Under the pieces are notes generated by a model. That model worked only from the letters and a program-made list of their open reading frames with translations. It searched no databases and was not told where the DNA came from. The position numbers and the translations under genes are program-made. DNA of 64,000 nucleotides. Origin: a virus. Taxonomy: Duplodnaviria; Caudoviricetes. Below, in pieces: positions 9,801 through 18,222 of this stretch. Position 1 is the stretch's first letter, and every line of letters starts with the position of its first letter. The stretch spans positions 91,980 through 155,979 of IMG/VR virus record IMGVR_UViG_3300003316_000301. One strand, written 5' to 3'.

Positions 9801-11092
9801 CTGCTGGGAAGGTCCAGGGCGAGGTGGCGGTACACCCGGGACTGGAGCTTGGGGTGCCACTGGTCCCACATACGCTTGTGGAAACCGTCGTCCTCCTCGT
9901 ACTGGCTCTCCCCGACCTGCCGGGGCAGGCCAAAGCTCACTCCCGCCGTACGGGGCTCCAGGGGCTTGGCGGAGAAGCCGATCTCGCTCGGCTTGATCTC
10001 CGAGGGGATGTGCTCGCCGGTGGCCTCCGCCGGATGCCGGGCGGGCGCCGGAGCACCCTTCCCCGCGAGGCCGAACATGTTCCGGCTCACCCGCACGGGG
10101 ACGTGATCCATCCCGAGGACCCTGGCCGCCCGCAGCCGGTGGTTGCCCTCACCGAGGTAGGCCTCCCCCGTCTTGGGGTGGTACTGGAGCATCAGGGGCT
10201 CCATGTAGCCCTTCTCGGCGAAGTGGGTCGCCACCTCCCGCGCGTGGTCCCCGTCGGTCTCCTGAGTGGCGTACGGAGCCAGCTCGTGTGTGGGCACCAT
10301 CTCCACGTTCGGATGACCGGCGGTGTGCACCCGCACCCGGATGCCGTGCTGGTTCAGAAACCGGGAGGGGATGTCCCCTCCGTCGTACCTCGCTTCCAGG
10401 TCGGCCTGCTTGCGCACGGGGCTGGAGAAGTCGTACCGGTTGAAGGGCGTTCCGGTGTGGAACTTCATGCCCTCCTCGGAATACTTCTGCCCCGAGGACC
10501 AGTGGTCATTGCCCTCTCTCCACGAGACCCCCGTGACCTTCATCGGGGCCCCGGGACGGACCGGCAGGCGCCAGGAGATCTCGGGGTCGTACTTCTCCCC
10601 GGGCCGCATGTTCTCGTGCCAGTGGTGCTTGTCCGGCGGGGTCTCGGCGTGCATGACGATGTGGGTCGTCGGGCATCCGCCGTGACCAGACTCCTCGTCG
10701 CCGCAGTTGTGTTTGCGCTCGTGGTCGTTGTACGTCCCCCAGCCGGTCTGGTTGGCGTACTCGGCGGCCTTGTGGGGGCTCGGGCTCCAGTAGTTGCCGA
10801 GGCCGCCGGTGGAGCCCTCCTCGCCCTCCGGGCCCTGGTTCTGGGCGTTCTGCTTGCGGACCTCGCTCAGCAGCAGGTGTGCCTTGGCCGCCGGGGGCTG
10901 GTTGGGGTCGTGGACGAACTTGTGGACCTCCGGCCGCAGGACCACGGACAGGCCACGGTGGACCCCCTGGTCCCGGGTGTAGCCGCTCTCGTCCGGCCGT
11001 CCCATGGGCTGCGCGTGGTACTGGCTCTCCTCGGCGGGCGCCGCCGTCTTGTGGGCCGCCGTGGTGAACAGCTCGGTCAGGGTCTGGGACAT
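6827..11092 (-). CDS. polyvalent multi-enzyme protein (ART-like, ParB-N, ART-like, Nudix, zincin peptidase, Pol-beta-type nucleotidyltransferase, 2H phosphoesterase)
   Basis: GEGNHRLRAA; YRHL..GVHWT..EREV; GGAIERGETPFEAGTREGDEELG; HEMAH..H; FAGS..DFDV; HVT..HIT. ATG 11092 has a GGAGG RBS; the frame stays open upstream to GTG 11311. Confidence 0.85.
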   Translation of the reverse strand: MSQTLTELFTTAAHKTAAPAEESQYHAQPMGRPDESGYTRDQGVHRGLSVVLRPEVHKFVHDPNQPPAAKAHLLLSEVRKQNAQNQGPEGEEGSTGGLGNYWSPSPHKAAEYANQTGWGTYNDHERKHNCGDEESGHGGCPTTHIVMHAETPPDKHHWHENMRPGEKYDPEISWRLPVRPGAPMKVTGVSWREGNDHWSSGQKYSEEGMKFHTGTPFNRYDFSSPVRKQADLEARYDGGDIPSRFLNQHGIRVRVHTAGHPNVEMVPTHELAPYATQETDGDHAREVATHFAEKGYMEPLMLQYHPKTGEAYLGEGNHRLRAARVLGMDHVPVRVSRNMFGLAGKGAPAPARHPAEATGEHIPSEIKPSEIGFSAKPLEPRTAGVSFGLPRQVGESQYEEDDGFHKRMWDQWHPKLQSRVYRHLALDLPSSHPAHNEKLPVDERARAVLQHTLTKGNVGVHWTDDPGYHHLNGDRLSPGQTAVVLHADTPERHHIEDNSYVLEDRAVRDWDMDPEREVPLKRNAPMNVRGITWHSARGPVTHTFDNPIRVHAAKDPDEVTCAQGHDHWGARGAAGLLVRHTDLEGTHHYLLQQRSRHVDHPGTWSIPGGAIERGETPFEAGTREGDEELGGLPPLGHIGTHSNDHGGWSYHTVIADTPEKFTPSEDGSHSHEAAGHRWFTAPQIDEMHESGELHPGFAESWPEVRHRAETEVPHRQMRLFTRKSPQFVCLTRPDLSDPEGVRSTAARDAWTTNVYAAQKAMTEGGHDLQRYGDLEEAGDHARQILHDHGHPQAADLAVRPTLRPNHSYVVREDELGEPDEQLRLHLGSNHFHNHAVLHEMAHLLTSGGHGQDFVDTFRGLLGHYGHHNALRTFDEHFQAPAQHQGAMEADEEKRKHTQNRWMGGVPEALQGGSDDSGDAGGDSGSSSSTTAAYTPPGTMGTDNEGHRVQMTTMDGWAHDDGSHGHEDNTTIGDHPVYTHTHTWLPEGRYWGPNSAQNDQRIFEGDHLRPEVRQDILDRVGRVLGHLYDGWETWAKVYFAGSEAAKWQPFNGDFDVLIGIDWTEFRDQNPDHEELDDAEIAQQMTDALWSKANVDNYFFELADGRKVGPFDRTFFVNPRAWDIRNLKPYAAYDVTDDTWAVHPLEVPKDWSATHLPESYWDYAETLLHEIEAIGRLPEEERQRMAANLWEELHTHRSDAFTGNGKGLFDLSNVVEKYLDQHPDRPWERLREWKNSSPTGPSPWVPTTARRTLSGLFSQASGTDGDGIMIAIVPPKSIGRKLLVEDGEPLEALHVTLCYLGSKTEHSKDQVAGLDSLVRAWARTQKPFKASVGGAGTFTNPGNHVLWAAVDIPGGGAIRHDLNELLVEHGYKVRNDHGWTPHITLKYHNSHVRFLPKVEPATWDVKEIMLCIGGSWEPVKLGA

Positions 11093-11101
11093 GGCCACCT
11101 C

Positions 11102-11138
11102 CACCCCTTCGGGCTTGTACTGCACCCAGAGACAGCAG
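11102..11138 (-). promoter_or_regulatory. candidate late promoter CTGCTGTC-N20-GAAGGGGTG
   Basis: Same bipartite motif and spacing at 48630-48666 and 56757-56793. Confidence 0.65.
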
Positions 11139-11307
11139 AAGGCCCCCGAGTGAACGGGGGCCTTCCAGCACAGTGAAGCGAGATCCCGCCAGAGATCCGA
11201 CTCAGGAGGCCGCTCGCCGAGGAGCAGACCAATCACTGCGTACGTGGCCGGGTGAAACGGCCGATATCGAAAGCATGCCATGATCGCAAGCTCTTCGGCA
11301 AGGTCGC

Positions 11308-13377
11308 TCACATGCGATTACGCCGACCACGGGAACGGGCGCTCTCGTGGAACATGTCCTGCCGGGCTCCCCGGGCCCGGCCGAATCCCCCGAGCTGACG
11401 GAAGACGTCCTGGTCAGTCCTGGGACCACCGGAGAACTCGTCTCCCCGGCTCATGCCCGGGAAGGGGTGGATACCGCTCTGCATGGCGCCCTGGGGCCGC
11501 ATGGCGCCCAGCTCGGAACGCAGGGAGATGATCTGGTCCCCGATCAGGGCCATGACGCACTCCATCATCGCGTCGGCGACGTCCTTCGTCTGGACCGGCC
11601 CGGAGTCCGGGTGGTCCACCACGCCGTTCTTCTCCTGGAGGAACCTCAGCTCCAGTTCGGCCTGCTCGTAGTAGGGCGCGTGGACCCAGCCCATGTTCAC
11701 GGCGGTCTTGAAGATCTCCGCCCGGGTCCAGTTGTGCTGGCGGGTCGCGGTCTTCTCGTAGACCTGGGTGACCTTGGGCAGACCGGACTGCCGGGACCTC
11801 TTGGCCAGACGCTGGATGACCTGGGCCGAGTTGAACTGGTCGAAGGTCATCTCGGTCGGCATGAACGGCGAGAGGATGTTGCCCCAGATCCACTCCTCCA
11901 CCTGGTCGTAGTCGACGATGTGATCCGTGAAGTCCTGCGGCCGGAAGTGGTGGATCCGGTCGAACACCACATGGAGCCGGTTGTCCGGGCCCGGCTCGGC
12001 GTGGGCGCAGGCCAGACCGAAGTTCGCGTTGGACTTCGAGGGGTCTCCGTGAGCCTTGTAATCCAGATCCATCCGGCCCCGGATCTGCATGCCCAGCTCC
12101 GGCTGGCCGTAGAACTCCTGACGGGCGTGCCAGGGATGGAAGATCTCCTTGACCTTCTGCTCGTTGAGGTAGGCGTCCAGAGCCACGGCGAAGTGGCTGC
12201 GGCGCTCGACCTTGAAGGTGTCGGGGTTGGCCTGCTCCTCGCGGGCCATCTGGTCGTCGTACGCCTGAATGGCTCCCCGCAGGGGCTGGAAGTAGAGGGT
12301 CGGCTTGCCCTCGTACTCCCCGAGGTCGCCGGTGTAGCCCTCGGGGAACACCGGGATCGTGTGCGCGATCTCCCAGTCCTTGTAGATGTCCCAGCTCGCG
12401 AGCTGGATCATCAGCATCTCGGGGTAGACCGGCTCCCCGTTCTCGTCCTCCATGATCGAGTTCTGGTAGTTCACGTAGAACTGCCCGAGCATCTGCCAGG
12501 GGCTGGACGGCTCGATGATGAACGCGTCCATGCCGAACTGGTCCAGGGACGGCTTGGCCGCCGCGTAGACCTCCTCGGCCGACCGGTTGGCGCCGGAGGC
12601 GACCACGTGGGCCATCTCGTCCCAGGCCTGGCAGAACGAGGTCGGACCTCGTCCGGCCATCAGCGTGGACTCCTTCGGGACCAGCTCGAAGGTGGCCATG
12701 TTGATGTCGTCAGGGTTCATGCCCTGCTCGGCCCGCTTCCTCATCCGCAGGAAGTCGTTCGGGGCGTAGATCGAGAGCTTCTCCGCCTGGAGGGGCGCAC
12801 GGATGTACGGGGCGAAGCAGGCAGAGCCGGTGATGTAGTTCACCGCGTCCTGCCACACCGTGGCCTTGGCCTGGTCCCGCTTTCCGGCGAACACCATGGC
12901 CACGAGCTTCTTGTCCCGGTCCACGCCGTAGTAGCGCTGCGGGTCGCCCTTGGCCATGTAGTTCCACAGCACGTAGGCCATGGACAGGCCGGAGATGTGG
13001 CCCTTACCGGCACGGCGGCCCATGACCAGGAGGGTCTCCCGGAACCACTTCCGGCCCTCCTTGCGGAGCTTGGCCATCCTGCGCCGGACACCGGGCACGA
13101 CTCCGTTGTTGCCGGTCTGCCGGAAGCTCTCCTCCCACTCGTCGATGACCGCGTGGTCGTACTCCGTCAGCAGGTCGAGCCGCAGGAAGATGACCTTCAG
13201 CAGTGTGGCCTGGCGCGGGTACATGTTCGGCCGGTCCAGGTAGTCCGCACTGAGCACGAAGGTGATCGGGTCGGGTACCGGAAGGCCGGTGAAGAGCTGG
13301 AAGAGCTTGTCCGGCCCGAAGGCGGGCGGCAGCGTGGAGACGCGCGGCTTGGACCGGACCACAGTCTGGGCGGCCAT
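11308..13377 (-). CDS. terL: terminase large subunit
   Basis: Walker A MGRRAGKG, Walker B AWDEMAH, coupling motif SSP, nuclease acidic motifs HGDPS, TFDQFNS, KDVADA. Confidence 0.9.
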   Translation of the reverse strand: MAAQTVVRSKPRVSTLPPAFGPDKLFQLFTGLPVPDPITFVLSADYLDRPNMYPRQATLLKVIFLRLDLLTEYDHAVIDEWEESFRQTGNNGVVPGVRRRMAKLRKEGRKWFRETLLVMGRRAGKGHISGLSMAYVLWNYMAKGDPQRYYGVDRDKKLVAMVFAGKRDQAKATVWQDAVNYITGSACFAPYIRAPLQAEKLSIYAPNDFLRMRKRAEQGMNPDDINMATFELVPKESTLMAGRGPTSFCQAWDEMAHVVASGANRSAEEVYAAAKPSLDQFGMDAFIIEPSSPWQMLGQFYVNYQNSIMEDENGEPVYPEMLMIQLASWDIYKDWEIAHTIPVFPEGYTGDLGEYEGKPTLYFQPLRGAIQAYDDQMAREEQANPDTFKVERRSHFAVALDAYLNEQKVKEIFHPWHARQEFYGQPELGMQIRGRMDLDYKAHGDPSKSNANFGLACAHAEPGPDNRLHVVFDRIHHFRPQDFTDHIVDYDQVEEWIWGNILSPFMPTEMTFDQFNSAQVIQRLAKRSRQSGLPKVTQVYEKTATRQHNWTRAEIFKTAVNMGWVHAPYYEQAELELRFLQEKNGVVDHPDSGPVQTKDVADAMMECVMALIGDQIISLRSELGAMRPQGAMQSGIHPFPGMSRGDEFSGGPRTDQDVFRQLGGFGRARGARQDMFHESARSRGRRNRM

Positions 13378-13386
13378 GGTGTGCTC

Positions 13387-13854
13387 CTAGTGGCCCCAGG
13401 CGCAGTGGAGGAGGCCCTTCTCACGGTCGAGAATGGTCCACCCGCGCAGTTGGGCCAGATCGATGGTGCTGAGGCTCTCAGAGGCGTCCTGCGGCCTCCA
13501 GAAGACGGACTTGCATCCGTCGTGCGAGCACTCCACGTGGTCGGGGATCCGCTCCTCGGGCACAGGGCCCTCCTTCACTCGCTCGAACCGGAGACGGACC
13601 TCTCCGTCCACCTCCACCGTGTCGAAGAAGTTCTCGGCCGGGCGGGCCCAGACCTTGCCGTCTTCGCCCCGGTAGATGATCAGCGCCTCACCGGTCTCGG
13701 TGTGCTTAGCGCCGTGCAGAACCTCGTAGAGGCTGCCCTTGTAGTGGCGCCACATGCCCTCAGGCTCTGCGATCTCGATCGTGATGCAGCAGATGGACGG
13801 CTGGTCCCCATGGACAGAGCAGCGGAAGACCGTCGGAAGACGGAAGTCCTCCAT
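13387..13854 (-). CDS. DUF1653-domain protein
   Basis: WRHYKG.LYEV...AKHTETGE.LIIYR....WARP..NF. Confidence 0.8.
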   Translation of the reverse strand: MEDFRLPTVFRCSVHGDQPSICCITIEIAEPEGMWRHYKGSLYEVLHGAKHTETGEALIIYRGEDGKVWARPAENFFDTVEVDGEVRLRFERVKEGPVPEERIPDHVECSHDGCKSVFWRPQDASESLSTIDLAQLRGWTILDREKGLLHCAWGH

Positions 13855-14306
13855 CAGTGACCGCATCCTTTGCCGTGCCGGTGGCCCTTCTGGACCTCCA
13901 GGATCTTGCGGGCGTCCTCGGCGGTGAGCTTGAGCTTGCCGCCGGTGCCGAGCTGGAGCAGGTCCGACTGGACCTCGTGGGACATCCGGTCGTGATCGAA
14001 CACGAAGCTCTTGGCGTCCGTGCGGCCGGTGATGACGATCTCGGGGATCAGGGTCCCCTCCACCTCGGTCATGGTGCCGTCGGGGTTCGCCACCCCGGCG
14101 GAGTACCAGCGCACGGAGACCGTGAGGCCCGCCTCCAGGAAGCGGTTCTTGGCTTCGTCGGTGAAGGCCTCGTAGCTCATGCGGGCCGTACGGGTCCGGC
14201 GCTCGTTGAGCTTGTCCAGGATCCCCTCGACCTTGATGATCTCGGAGTCGTAGAGGTTGATCGTGGAGCTGACGCCCCCGGCCTCTTCGGTCACTGCGGT
14301 GGTCAC
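13854..14306 (-). CDS. hypothetical protein
   Basis: Overlapping start/stop coupling in the operon. Confidence 0.75.
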   Translation of the reverse strand: MTTAVTEEAGGVSSTINLYDSEIIKVEGILDKLNERRTRTARMSYEAFTDEAKNRFLEAGLTVSVRWYSAGVANPDGTMTEVEGTLIPEIVITGRTDAKSFVFDHDRMSHEVQSDLLQLGTGGKLKLTAEDARKILEVQKGHRHGKGCGH

Positions 14307-14779
14307 GTCTGCTCCTCGGGGGTCTGCTCAGGGGCCTGGGCGGCCTCCTGGGGCTCTACTGCGGTCTCGATGGGCTCCGGGTCCGCCGGAGGCAGTGCGG
14401 GCGGCATGGTGCCGTCCTGGGCCCACTGAGGGGTCTCGGGATCGATGTCCCTCACTTCTTCCGGCGGGTACTGGGTGCCTCCGGACAGGTCCGGGGTCCC
14501 TCCGTAGAAGTATTCGTCGGCGACCATCCCGTACCCGGAGCCGTCGGTGTACGTGAACCAGACCCCCGCCGGTGCCGGGATGAACTGTCCGGCGGTGGTG
14601 AGGGCCTGGCCTGCCGAAGGGTTGCGGATCGCGTACATCGCGACCACGTTCTTCGGGAAGAACGTCTCGGGGTCGGGGAACCACACAGGCATTCCCCACT
14701 GGTCCAACGAAGGGACCGCTACGCCCTCCGGGACCTGCATGGCCCAGGTGACGTAGCGGTCGTAGCTGTTGTCGGGCAC
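14303..14779 (-). CDS. hypothetical protein
   Basis: GTG start with AGGAGG RBS; Pro/Glu-rich tail. Confidence 0.7.
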   Translation of the reverse strand: MPDNSYDRYVTWAMQVPEGVAVPSLDQWGMPVWFPDPETFFPKNVVAMYAIRNPSAGQALTTAGQFIPAPAGVWFTYTDGSGYGMVADEYFYGGTPDLSGGTQYPPEEVRDIDPETPQWAQDGTMPPALPPADPEPIETAVEPQEAAQAPEQTPEEQT

Positions 14780-14794
14780 AGCCCTCCTGTCGTG

Positions 14795-15811
14795 CTACAC
14801 GAGGCGGGAGTGGCACGTACCGCACCGCTCCGCGTGGTCGGTGACGACCCCGCCCCCGGCCCGCTGAAGGTTGCGGTGCGTGGAGCTGCGGACGTCGATC
14901 TCGGGGTTGTTCGCCTGGTTCGTCATCAGGTTCACCAGGTCGAACACCGTGGCCTGGGAGGGGTTGTCCCCGAGCGAGGGGATCAGGTCCTCCAGGTTGC
15001 CCACGGTGCGGTTCGGGAGACCCTGCTCCAGAGCGAAGCGCCGGAGGGTTCCGGTCGGGTCCTCGCCGAGGGTCTCGTTGCGCAGGGCGTAGTAGTGCTG
15101 GATCTCCTCCTCCAGGGAGTCCACGGCCCGGCGGATCTCGGCGTTGAAGAGGGCGTAGATCTCCTCCTCGGTCGCGCCGTTGGAGGAGACGCGCAGGGAC
15201 GGGTCGGCGATCTCCATGCCGTTGGTGCACACCAGGCGCCAGACGAGCTTCTCGATCTCCGGCGCGCGGTTGTTCTTGCGGTCCTGGACCACCCGGACAC
15301 CGCCCCGGGAGATGTCGCCGACGCCGGTGTCCCCCTGGGTGCCCAGCTCATGGTCCTCGGGGAAGATCACGTCGATGCGCAGCTCGTTCTGGTCGCTCCA
15401 GGAGTCGACGATCGGGGAATGCGCCGGGAAGACGGTCAGCAGGCCCTCCACGAGCTTGTGGGGACGCGTGCGAACCTCTCCGGCCCTGCGGATCTCCGAG
15501 ACGCCCACGGTGTCGTTGAAGCTCACCGTGACCTCCTTGTCGGCCCGCTCGACCTGCGTGCGCAGGAGATACTGCTGCTGATCGCGCTCCAGGCGAGCGA
15601 AGAACTTCGGCGGGATGTCGAAGAACGTCGCCATGGACGCCAGGCCGTCCTTGCCCGCGAAGACCTCGTGCTCGCCGAAGCGGATGTGCGGGGTGTCGGC
15701 CTCCAGCATGGGAGTGATCTGCTGGGACACGCCGCCCCAGGTGATCAGGCGCTGGTCGAACTGGTCGCCGAGGTCTTCCAGGGTGGTGCCGGGAAGGGAA
15801 CGAAGGTACAT
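14795..15811 (-). CDS. DUF932/DUF945-family protein
   Basis: RLVCTNGM signature. Confidence 0.75.
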   Translation of the reverse strand: MYLRSLPGTTLEDLGDQFDQRLITWGGVSQQITPMLEADTPHIRFGEHEVFAGKDGLASMATFFDIPPKFFARLERDQQQYLLRTQVERADKEVTVSFNDTVGVSEIRRAGEVRTRPHKLVEGLLTVFPAHSPIVDSWSDQNELRIDVIFPEDHELGTQGDTGVGDISRGGVRVVQDRKNNRAPEIEKLVWRLVCTNGMEIADPSLRVSSNGATEEEIYALFNAEIRRAVDSLEEEIQHYYALRNETLGEDPTGTLRRFALEQGLPNRTVGNLEDLIPSLGDNPSQATVFDLVNLMTNQANNPEIDVRSSTHRNLQRAGGGVVTDHAERCGTCHSRLV

Positions 15812-15868
15812 GGGGCCTCCAGGGCTCTCGTGGCGGGAACGGTTTTTAAAAACCGTGTACCAAGAATC

Positions 15869-16531
15869 CTAGGTGGGATCCTCTGCCGTTTCAAGTGCCT
15901 TGGGCTTTCCGCCTGACATCAGGGCCCGGAGCACCGGGTGCTGGGCCAGGGCCGCGCCGTACGCCTGGAGGTGCTCGATGGGGATGAACTGCTGAGCGAC
16001 CTCCATATACGCCACGAGGGCCTGCTGCCAGGCCGCCGAGTCGAGACCCTCCTCCGTGGAGGACTCGATCGCGTGCTGCATCCGGATCGCGGTCAGCAGC
16101 TCGGACATGGACGGCTTCAGCTCGCCCCGGGCGAGGCGCTCCATGCCCCGCTGGACGATCAGCTCGTTCACCGTGGCGTAGTTGGCCAGCGAGGTCGCGT
16201 GGTTCTCGATGTCGCGACCGATCTGCTTGGCCCGCTCCTCCACCAGCGCCCGTTCAGCCGTCGGGCCGATCGGCATGTGACCGTTGTTCACGTGGTCACG
16301 GATGGACTGGTACGAGGGGTTCGGCAGGCGCCCCGGCTCCCGGTCGGCCACCACGGCGGCGATCCGCGAGTACGAGTGCTGCTCCAGGATCGCCTGCTCG
16401 ATCTCCATGCGGTACGGGCTCATGCAGGTCCGGCACTGAGGCACCCGCTTCATCGGGTACTTCCGGCCGTTGACCTCCACCATGAGGACCGAGCCCGGAC
16501 GGCCCTCCGGCAGCGCCCTAGCTTCCGTCAT
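15869..16531 (-). CDS. Zn/HTH DNA-binding protein (possible terminase small subunit)
   Basis: CRTC...SYSRIA...SIRDHVNNGH; lies upstream of terL; function is inference. Confidence 0.55.
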   Translation of the reverse strand: MTEARALPEGRPGSVLMVEVNGRKYPMKRVPQCRTCMSPYRMEIEQAILEQHSYSRIAAVVADREPGRLPNPSYQSIRDHVNNGHMPIGPTAERALVEERAKQIGRDIENHATSLANYATVNELIVQRGMERLARGELKPSMSELLTAIRMQHAIESSTEEGLDSAAWQQALVAYMEVAQQFIPIEHLQAYGAALAQHPVLRALMSGGKPKALETAEDPT

Positions 16532-17015
16532 TGATCTTCACCACCTGGTAGTGGCCCTCGTCCGGGGCCTTGCTGAACACGGAACCACACCGGCAGGTGA
16601 CCTCCAGAGGCCTGCTGCTCATGTACTTCGAGCAGATGGGGCATTTGATGCGCATCTGACCGCCCCAGTAGATCCTCAGGTCGTAGACCTCTCCGGCCTC
16701 CACGAACTCATCATCGCGGTGAAAGCGCGGGTCGCCGCCAGTGCGGAGGTCGGCGGGTAGGGGCACCTTCCCGTCCACGCTGTTCAGGTGCGGGTGGGCT
16801 GAATTCCACGCCCGGTGGAACATGCCACGTCGCAACGCGCCATCCGGCACCCCCTCCGGCGTGTAGACCTCGCGGCGCTTGCGGTCCTGGTCTTTCCACG
16901 GCGTCAGGATGTCCGACTTCGCCGACATGGAGGTCACACCCTCCAGCGACTTCCGGATCATCTCCGTTGCTGCGTCGTCCAGTTGCTGATGAACGCCGGA
17001 ATGTAGCTGCCCCAT
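16518..17015 (-). CDS. hypothetical protein with C-terminal zinc ribbon
   Basis: CPIC...CRCG; start uncertain (17015 or 16928). Confidence 0.65.
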   Translation of the reverse strand: MGQLHSGVHQQLDDAATEMIRKSLEGVTSMSAKSDILTPWKDQDRKRREVYTPEGVPDGALRRGMFHRAWNSAHPHLNSVDGKVPLPADLRTGGDPRFHRDDEFVEAGEVYDLRIYWGGQMRIKCPICSKYMSSRPLEVTCRCGSVFSKAPDEGHYQVVKINDGS

Positions 17016-17364
17016 GCTCGTCTTCGCTTTCCGTCCGATAGCGAGGCAGTTTTCCGCTCGCGATCATCTCCAGGATCTTTTCGAGGCCGTGCGTGGCGTA
17101 CGACGCGACCGGGTTGGAGACGGAGACACCCATGCGCCGGGCGACGTCCTTCTCCCTGATGTTCTGCACCAGGAACAGTTCGATGGCCTGCTGCTGCCGG
17201 GGGCTCAGATGCACCCGGGCTTCGTAGAGGTATTCGATGTCGTGAAGGGAGTACATGACTCCGTCGGGGGCCGTGATCGTGTCGATCCCGTCCGACTCGT
17301 ACAGCGAACGAAAGGCCTCCAGGTTCTTCAGGAGAGACCGGAGCACGCTCACCGTCAGCGCCAA
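16711..17364 (-). CDS. sigma-70 region 4-like HTH transcription factor
   Basis: LSPRQQQAIELFLVQNIREKDVARRMGVS; C-terminal ~100 aa overlap the next gene and look non-coding. Confidence 0.7.
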   Translation of the reverse strand: MALTVSVLRSLLKNLEAFRSLYESDGIDTITAPDGVMYSLHDIEYLYEARVHLSPRQQQAIELFLVQNIREKDVARRMGVSVSNPVASYATHGLEKILEMIASGKLPRYRTESEDEHGAATFRRSSATGRRSNGDDPEVAGGCDLHVGEVGHPDAVERPGPQAPRGLHAGGGAGWRVATWHVPPGVEFSPPAPEQRGREGAPTRRPPHWRRPALSPR

Positions 17365-17470
17365 TTCCCCACGCGTTCCTCTCCCCGACCTGAAGCAACA
17401 GCCCCTGTAGTCGGGGCCGACGGAATATGCCGTCTACGACGCAGCGTAAGGGATCTACGCCTAACTGCCA

Positions 17471-17501
17471 ACAAACCCTGGGGCAGCACCCCAGGGTTTG
17501 T
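17471..17501. terminator. hairpin terminator
   Basis: 13-bp perfect stem ACAAACCCTGGGG/CCCCAGGGTTTGT. Confidence 0.6.
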
Positions 17502-17541
17502 GGCTGATCTGCAATTATCCGCTACGCGGCGTGACTCTTGA

Positions 17542-18222
17542 TCACACGGACAGGACGTCCTTGAGGCGCTGAGAGAGCAGATTCATGGACTTCACGAGAG
17601 CATCAGCTCTCCAGCTCAACGTAGTCTGAAAGATGCCCGCGAAGCGGTCCTCCCGGGCGTGCCTCCGGGCCGCCTGGGTACGGTCCTCCACCGTGCGCCC
17701 TCCCGGCGCCGAGCGGGCGTCCTGGTACCCCTGTGAGAGCGCCTGCTCCCAGATGGCCTTGGCGTACATGGCGTCACCCCTGATGGAGGCAGCCTCCTGC
17801 TCCCAGGCGAACAGCCGGACCGTGATGCGGAAGAGGAAGTCCCGCACGTGCGCCGAGGTGAGCCGGGAGTAGTCCTCGATGTACCCGCCAGTGTCGGTGC
17901 GGGCCCACATGGTGAAACCGTGCTCGTCCTCCTGGATCTCCTGGGTCACCGGATCCACCAGGGGCTCACGGACGATCTCGTACAGATCGTTGATGATCAC
18001 GTACGCATCGCCGAAGCGCTCCAGCATGATCCGGTCGGCGATCCCCCGCAGCCCGTCCACGGCGTCCTGGTCCTCCGGCCGCAGGTCGTGCCGCATGCGG
18101 CCCTCCCGGCGCGGGGTGAACTCCTGGGTGCGGTCGTCATGAGGCTCCACGGACATGGGCCGGTCGGCCTCCGCCGACTCGTCGCGGATGATCTGGTCCT
18201 CGGTCCGGTCGTCCTCAGACAC
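17542..18222 (-). CDS. hypothetical protein
   Basis: Long GC3-biased ORF in the recombination operon. Confidence 0.75.
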   Translation of the reverse strand: MSEDDRTEDQIIRDESAEADRPMSVEPHDDRTQEFTPRREGRMRHDLRPEDQDAVDGLRGIADRIMLERFGDAYVIINDLYEIVREPLVDPVTQEIQEDEHGFTMWARTDTGGYIEDYSRLTSAHVRDFLFRITVRLFAWEQEAASIRGDAMYAKAIWEQALSQGYQDARSAPGGRTVEDRTQAARRHAREDRFAGIFQTTLSWRADALVKSMNLLSQRLKDVLSV

